DNA from: Alphaproteobacteria bacterium
Lineage (GTDB): Bacteria; Pseudomonadota; Alphaproteobacteria; UBA7887
Direction: 5' to 3'
NCBI GenBank assembly: GCA_965216755.1
Contig: CBDCGL010000011.1
Coordinates: 4,512,001-4,576,000 of the forward strand
DNA: 64,000 bases
The position numbers and the translations under genes are program-made. Under the pieces are notes generated by a model. That model saw nothing but the letters and a program-made list of their open reading frames with translations, searched no databases and was not told where the DNA came from. Positions 58,646 to 64,000 of this stretch are shown piece after piece (position 1 is the stretch's first letter; each line of letters opens with the position of its first letter).

Positions 58646-59906
58646 AGACGGCGGCACGGCCGAAGATATTTGGCTGAAGGTCGACGACGAGGCCGCTTTG
58701 CCCGCGGATGGCGCAGTTCTTGTGTCGTTGGCGCGTTGGCGGCGCGATCGGGACGTTCTGCTGGGCCGCGGAGACGTCGTCGGCGTGCGCCTGGCGAGCG
58801 ATCAGGAGCCAAAGGAAATTGCCGAGGACCTCGATGCGTTGTCGCTTGTCGCGCTTGAGTTCCCCCGATTCACGGACGGGCGCGCCTTTTCACACGCCAG
58901 AGTATTGCGCGAAAACTATCGTTTTCGTGGCGAGATCAGGGCGGTTGGCAAGGTCTTGCGTGACCAGTTCTTGTTTTTGCAACGGTGTGGCTTTGACACG
59001 GTCGAAGTGGACAATGCTGCCGATGCTGCTGCCTGGCCAGCGGCGACATCTGAGATATCGGTATTCTATCAACCGAGCACGGACGGCCGCGCGACGCCGT
59101 CCATGCTCCGTCGGCGGTTGTCGGCCGGTGCGAATGCCCAAAGTGAATGCGGTGTCGTGCGGTCGTTCCTCCACGACCGGTCTGGGCCGGCGACCGCCGC
59201 GCGCATGGCACGCGACTTGAACCGTCGCTACGGCCACCTTGACGGCGAAGAGCTGCTGCGGCCGCTCATGACACAGGTTTTTCCTGAAAGGATCGCATTG
59301 GTGACGGCGTTTGGCGCCGAATCGGTGGTGTTGCTCGACATGGTCGCGCGCATCAACACGGCAACCCCGATCATCTTCCTGGACACGGGCAAGCATTTTG
59401 ATGAGACGTTGGCTTATCGTGATGAGCTGGTGCAGACCTTTGGGTTGACTGACGTGCGCGCGATTGGCCCCAATCTTGACAGTATCCGTCGCGCCGACGC
59501 GGCTGGCACATTGTGGGCCAGCAACCCCGATCGGTGCTGCTACTTGCGCAAGGTCGAACCATTGCGCCGCGCCCTGATCGGGTTTGATGCCTGGATCGCC
59601 GGCGCCAAACGCTATCACGGCGCTGGGCGGGAAGCCTTGCCGGTGATTGAGGCCGACGGCGGCCGCATCAAGATCAATCCTCTGGCAAGTTGGTCGCCCG
59701 ATGACGTGGATCAGGCTTTAGCAGCACGTCAACTTCCTCGGCATCCCCTGGTGGCCGCGGGTTTCCTGTCGATTGGCTGCGCACCGTGCACCGCGCCAAC
59801 CGGCGACGCGGCGCGACCGCGCAGCGGCCGTTGGCCGGGTTTCGAGAAGACCGAATGTGGCATTCATATGCGCCAGTTTGGCGCCGTGGCCGGGGGAAAG
59901 CTCTAG
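58632..59906 (+). CDS. cysH: DUF934-APS/PAPS reductase (CysH) fusion
   Basis: N-half FPRFTDGRAFSHARVLRE...LRDQF..RCGFD (DUF934); C-half FLDTGKHF, RCCYLRKVEPL, SIGCAPCT, ECGIH; single frame; GGAGG RBS. Confidence 0.9.
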   Translation: MVLVRDGGTAEDIWLKVDDEAALPADGAVLVSLARWRRDRDVLLGRGDVVGVRLASDQEPKEIAEDLDALSLVALEFPRFTDGRAFSHARVLRENYRFRGEIRAVGKVLRDQFLFLQRCGFDTVEVDNAADAAAWPAATSEISVFYQPSTDGRATPSMLRRRLSAGANAQSECGVVRSFLHDRSGPATAARMARDLNRRYGHLDGEELLRPLMTQVFPERIALVTAFGAESVVLLDMVARINTATPIIFLDTGKHFDETLAYRDELVQTFGLTDVRAIGPNLDSIRRADAAGTLWASNPDRCCYLRKVEPLRRALIGFDAWIAGAKRYHGAGREALPVIEADGGRIKINPLASWSPDDVDQALAARQLPRHPLVAAGFLSIGCAPCTAPTGDAARPRSGRWPGFEKTECGIHMRQFGAVAGGKL

Positions 59907-60415
59907 GGCACTCCACTCAAATGCATCGCCCTAGCCGCTTTGCCATTTCAGGATGCATGCCTTATTTGGCGCATATTGCGCATTAGGTTAGAGTCACCGA
60001 CGTGGCAAGGAATGTACGGTCGGCCTCAAAGTCCATCCAACACGCCATCTGCGCCATCAATTGCCCCAACATTGTCGCACGTTCAATGGCGTGTTGGTCG
60101 GCCGCGCAAGGCTTTACGCTGATATAACGTAGCGCGATCCACGAACGGACGTGCGCTGTACGGGCAATACGACGGCAGGCTCCATCCGCTCGGAACACTG
60201 CCGCATCAGTGCGTACGACATCGCGGTCAACTCTAGAATTTGCTGTGAGATATCAATACCCGCGCTCGCCATTCAATCGGTGAACGCGGTCGGTTTTGCG
60301 GCACCCGTCGCTTATTGATCAACCTTGTCGTTGAACACCGCCGCAGCATGGCGTTGGCTATCCTCGGTCGAGGGATTATCTTTACATACGGCGTCCGTCG
60401 ATGGAGAGGCCGTGC

Positions 60416-62749
60416 ATGGGAAAACAAGCCAAATTTTGCGCTAAAGATACTGGGCAGAATGTATCGTCCACTATTGATCATTTCGATAACTATGCAAGAA
60501 ATTGTGCACAAGGGATCTTGGTTCATATCGAATTTGTGCCGCTCTATGTGAATTCGGTGGCGGCCTCCATGCTGGGATATGACGATCCCGGCGTCGTGCG
60601 CGCCATGGACACGGTATTGCCGCTCATCAGTCCGGTAACGTTCCGATCGACACAATCCGAATCGACTGGTCGTGCATCTGGCGATCAGCTTCCAGAGCGC
60701 TACCGACTTGAGATTCATCGTGCCGGAGCGCCGTCGCAATTGCTTGAGTGTTTTTCCAGTACCATGATCTGGCACGGCGAGCGCGCCACCGTTACGACAA
60801 TGGTCGATGCCGGTAAGACGGCGGCGGCGGATTCTTCAGGGCATGAGACGGAACAAATTCGGGCTGAGGGCGAAGACCTGCTTCGCGAATTTGTCCGGAC
60901 ATTGCCTGACTGGTATTGGGAAACCGATGTTGATCACCGCTTCGTCGATCGATTTCAATGGCCGTATTGGATTCCCCAGAAAAACTATGGTCGCAAACGC
61001 TGGGAAATCGCAACCGCCGAAGACGTTGGGGCGAACACGGAAAAGTGGCGCGAACATCGAAATGCCCTGAACGACCATCGTCCTTTCAAGGACTTCCGTT
61101 ATCAGTCGCGCAACCAGAACAATGAGGTGATTTGGCTGCGCACAAGTGGACGGCCGGTTTTCGATAGTCAAGGAATTTTCAAAGGCTATCGTGGTTTTGC
61201 GAGCGATATCACCGAAGTGGTTTCGGCGGAGAACCGTGCCCGTACCGCCCGTGAGCAGCTCATGGCGGCAGTCGATGCCTTTGACGCGCCGGTTGTCTTG
61301 TTCGATCCGGACGATTGCGTCGTCCTCTCGAACGAAGCTTACAAAAGAATGTTCGACGATCGCGACGGATCGATCACGCCAGGTCGCCATGTCGAAGATC
61401 TTACGAGGCATCTCATAAACACAAACAGATTTCCCGAAGCGATCGGCTGCGAAGAAGAGTGGTTAGCGGAACGGTTGCAGCGATTTCGGCAAGGCAATCA
61501 GCCGTTCGAAGTACGTCGAGCCAATGGCGATGTTTACTTGGTTCGCGACGTGCGTTTGCCGGACGGCAGCACACTGGTCATTCCGACCAACATCACGGAA
61601 CGGATCAAGGCAGAGCACGCGCTCAATCTCGCCAAGGTCGCGGCGGAACAAGCCAGCCAATCAAAGACGCGTTTTTTGGCAGCCGCCAGTCACGATCTGC
61701 GCCAGCCTTTGCAAGCCCTGACGCTGTATGTGGACATGTTGTCGTCGTATGTGCATGCAGGGAAGGGCGTGAAAGTCATCAGCAACATCCGTGACAATGT
61801 GCGCTCCATGGCTGGCATGCTGGATATGCTGCTGGAGATTTCGGAATTTGATGGGGGCGTCATCAAAACGAACATTGCACCGATTTCCGTGGCAAGTGTG
61901 CTGCACCGGTTGGAACGCGATTTTGCCGTTCAGGCAGGTGCCAGTCGTATAGGTTTCAAAACGGTTGGATGTTCACTTTGGATCGAAAGTGACGCCGAAC
62001 TATTGACGCGAATTCTGGAGAATTTTGCCTCGAATGCCATACGTTACAGCGGTGGTGGGCGTGTCTTGGTGGGATGCCGACGGCATGCGAGAAGTTTGAC
62101 AATCGAGGTTTGGGATACCGGCATTGGTATTCCAGAAGATCAACTGGACGCGATTTTCGAGGAATATCATCAGCTCCATAACCCCGCACGCGACCGCAGC
62201 AAGGGTCTAGGACTGGGGTTGTCGGTTGTGAAGCGTATTGCCAATCTTCTTGGTCACACGATCGAGGTCCGCTCCATTGTTGGCAAAGGATCAATGTTTG
62301 CGGTCTCGGTACCTGTGACCACGCCGCCTTTTGTGGCTAACGTCGAGAAAATCAAATCGGCCCCGGTCCCCGTGGACCTAACCGGAAAACACGTCATCTT
62401 GGCCGAAAACGACGATCGCGTTCGGGATGGGATCCATCAGGTTTTGGCTGCGAATGGCGCCGAGGTTCACAGCTTCTACAATGCCAGCGATGTGGCCGTG
62501 ACGCTGGCAGGGGCGACATGGCATCCGGCTTTGGCGATTGTCGACTATTGGCTTGGCGACGGCGTAACCGGCGCGGCTGTTGTTTGCGCGATCCGGCGGC
62601 AATCGGAGATGGAAGTTCCGGCAATAATAATGACCGGTGATATGGGACCTGGACCCAAACAATCGGCGCGCGAAGCCGATTGCGAGGTTTTGTACAAGCC
62701 CGTTGCCAGAGATACAATTTGTGCGGCAATTTCACGTGCTTTGTCTTAG
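60416..62749 (+). CDS. PAS-domain hybrid histidine kinase
   Basis: Three PAS-like domains; FLAAASHDLRQPL H-box, SNAIRYS, DTGIGI, GLGLGL; C-terminal receiver domain. Confidence 0.93.
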   Translation: MGKQAKFCAKDTGQNVSSTIDHFDNYARNCAQGILVHIEFVPLYVNSVAASMLGYDDPGVVRAMDTVLPLISPVTFRSTQSESTGRASGDQLPERYRLEIHRAGAPSQLLECFSSTMIWHGERATVTTMVDAGKTAAADSSGHETEQIRAEGEDLLREFVRTLPDWYWETDVDHRFVDRFQWPYWIPQKNYGRKRWEIATAEDVGANTEKWREHRNALNDHRPFKDFRYQSRNQNNEVIWLRTSGRPVFDSQGIFKGYRGFASDITEVVSAENRARTAREQLMAAVDAFDAPVVLFDPDDCVVLSNEAYKRMFDDRDGSITPGRHVEDLTRHLINTNRFPEAIGCEEEWLAERLQRFRQGNQPFEVRRANGDVYLVRDVRLPDGSTLVIPTNITERIKAEHALNLAKVAAEQASQSKTRFLAAASHDLRQPLQALTLYVDMLSSYVHAGKGVKVISNIRDNVRSMAGMLDMLLEISEFDGGVIKTNIAPISVASVLHRLERDFAVQAGASRIGFKTVGCSLWIESDAELLTRILENFASNAIRYSGGGRVLVGCRRHARSLTIEVWDTGIGIPEDQLDAIFEEYHQLHNPARDRSKGLGLGLSVVKRIANLLGHTIEVRSIVGKGSMFAVSVPVTTPPFVANVEKIKSAPVPVDLTGKHVILAENDDRVRDGIHQVLAANGAEVHSFYNASDVAVTLAGATWHPALAIVDYWLGDGVTGAAVVCAIRRQSEMEVPAIIMTGDMGPGPKQSAREADCEVLYKPVARDTICAAISRALS

Positions 62750-62920
62750 TAGTACGCGCGTGTGTGGGTCGACTGCGCGATAGCGCGACCAGAAAGGACA
62801 CAGCCAAGTTCTTGGTAGAATGCCTGCCGACCCTGAGCGTATGGTTCCGCTATTGGAGCTATCTGTTTCGAGCTTGGTAGCGTCGGGGGTCGCCGGTTGC
62901 GTCAGCCTAATGCCAACTGC

Positions 62921-63151
62921 GCGCGGATCGAGATCGATCCGCTGGCGCGTTGGTTGGCCGACGACGTGGATCAGGATTTGGCCGCGCGCCAACCGCCTCG
63001 GCGTTCCCTGATGGCCGCGGGCTTCCCGTCGATTGGTTGCACCCCGCGCACGGCCCCAACTGGCGACGCAGCGCGCCCGCGTGGCGGCCGCTGGCCGCGC
63101 TTCGAGAACACCGAATGCGGCATTCACGGTGCCTTGGCGCTCACCAAATAA
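62921..63151 (+). pseudogene. Duplicated, degenerate 3' end of cysH
   Basis: 62921-63127 aligns without gaps to 59661-59867 (about 80% identity by hand count); SIGCAPC is changed to SIGCTPR. Confidence 0.88.
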
Positions 63152-63169
63152 CCGATGGCCAAAGCGCGA

Positions 63170-63991
63170 TTACTCCGCTGCCACAAACACCTCCGGCGTG
63201 ATCGTTACCGCCAGCACTTCGGCGGCAGGCGGATAATAGTAGCCGTCGTCGATCGGCTCGACGGGTTCGGATTCAGCTGGGCCGGTATCTTGGCCGCGTT
63301 GGAACATGCCGGCATCCGGCCCAAAGCCACCTTCCTGATTGACCTCGGTACCCGCGTCCCAAAGCACGATTCGCTTCGACACATCGCCCGAAATCGGCCG
63401 GCCATCCGCATCGAACAGATCGAGGCCGCCGCCGGCCGGCGCATAGATGGCGTCGTTCGACTGCATCAACATGGTCGCGAATGACAGCTTGTCACCGGGA
63501 TCCGCGGTAACGCGGAACTCATAGGCTTTGCCCGGCCACAATTCCTCGTCTTTGATGGCGCCGACGGGCATGTAAAAGATGCCGCCTTCCAAAACATCTG
63601 GATGCTGGAACAAGTAATATTGCAGCGGCCGCACATTGCCGTCTTCGGCCAATTCTTCCAGGCCGGACCCGGCCACGGCTTCGGTGCCCGGTTCAAACAG
63701 CGGCGCGCCCTGGCGGTAGACGGCGTAGTTCCCGTGTGACATGCCGGCCGCCCACGTGCGATCGTGCCCCGATGCCATGGCATCCGGCGGTGATATGTTT
63801 TCGATCCGAATCTTGAATGTCGTTCGTCCCAACCGCATGCGCCAGACATCGGGAACGCGGGTTACGGCTTGGCCCTGCGCCAAACGTTCTGTGGCGCCGA
63901 CCACGGGTTTTTGCAAGGGCATGGCCTGGCCGGCCAGCGATCCGACCAGTAGCCCAATCGCGGTCAGCACGATCGTTCGATGATACGACAA
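63170..63991 (-). CDS. Secreted spondin-N-domain protein (paralog of 32135-32848)
   Basis: Signal peptide; GLEELAEDG, LSFATMLMQSND, WDAGTEVNQ; start lies at the window edge. Confidence 0.85.
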   Translation of the reverse strand: MSYHRTIVLTAIGLLVGSLAGQAMPLQKPVVGATERLAQGQAVTRVPDVWRMRLGRTTFKIRIENISPPDAMASGHDRTWAAGMSHGNYAVYRQGAPLFEPGTEAVAGSGLEELAEDGNVRPLQYYLFQHPDVLEGGIFYMPVGAIKDEELWPGKAYEFRVTADPGDKLSFATMLMQSNDAIYAPAGGGLDLFDADGRPISGDVSKRIVLWDAGTEVNQEGGFGPDAGMFQRGQDTGPAESEPVEPIDDGYYYPPAAEVLAVTITPEVFVAAE

Positions 63992-64000
63992 AATTTCACC

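Overview
GC-rich chromosomal window, most likely alphaproteobacterial (inferred from groEL, the cpa-type tad locus, DUF2336/DUF2849/DUF934 genes and the LexA/CtrA-type motifs). In order it carries: the end of groES-groEL; a Tad/Cpa pilus locus (cpaABCDEF-tadBC, inverted tadD, two TadE-like pseudopilins, no flp pilin and no tadG seen); an orphan UreF-like gene; tamAB; and an 11-kb minus-strand seven-gene redox operon. That operon encodes a pentaheme cytochrome, an outer-membrane barrel, a membrane-anchored FAD/[2Fe-2S] reductase, a tetraheme cytochrome, a two-cNMP-domain + 4x[4Fe-4S] protein, a diheme-b-like membrane protein and a membrane-anchored decaheme cytochrome. It has a CRP-like box upstream and two class III nucleotide cyclase genes next to it. 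The rest of the window is a mixed accessory region (LexA-boxed Zn-ribbon gene, Hpt/response regulator, DUF2336, SoxYZ fusion, diguanylate cyclase, a non-MreB actin-like protein), a sulfate-assimilation cluster (Rrf2-cysK; SUMT-DUF2849-sulfite reductase-[DUF934-CysH fusion]), and a hybrid kinase bracketed by a duplicated cysH 3' end. The best candidate for an undescribed system is the putative cyclic-nucleotide-responsive cytoplasm-to-surface electron conduit (20926-37410). No rRNA, tRNA, CRISPR array or transposase was recognised. All family assignments come from motif recognition by eye, not from database searches.
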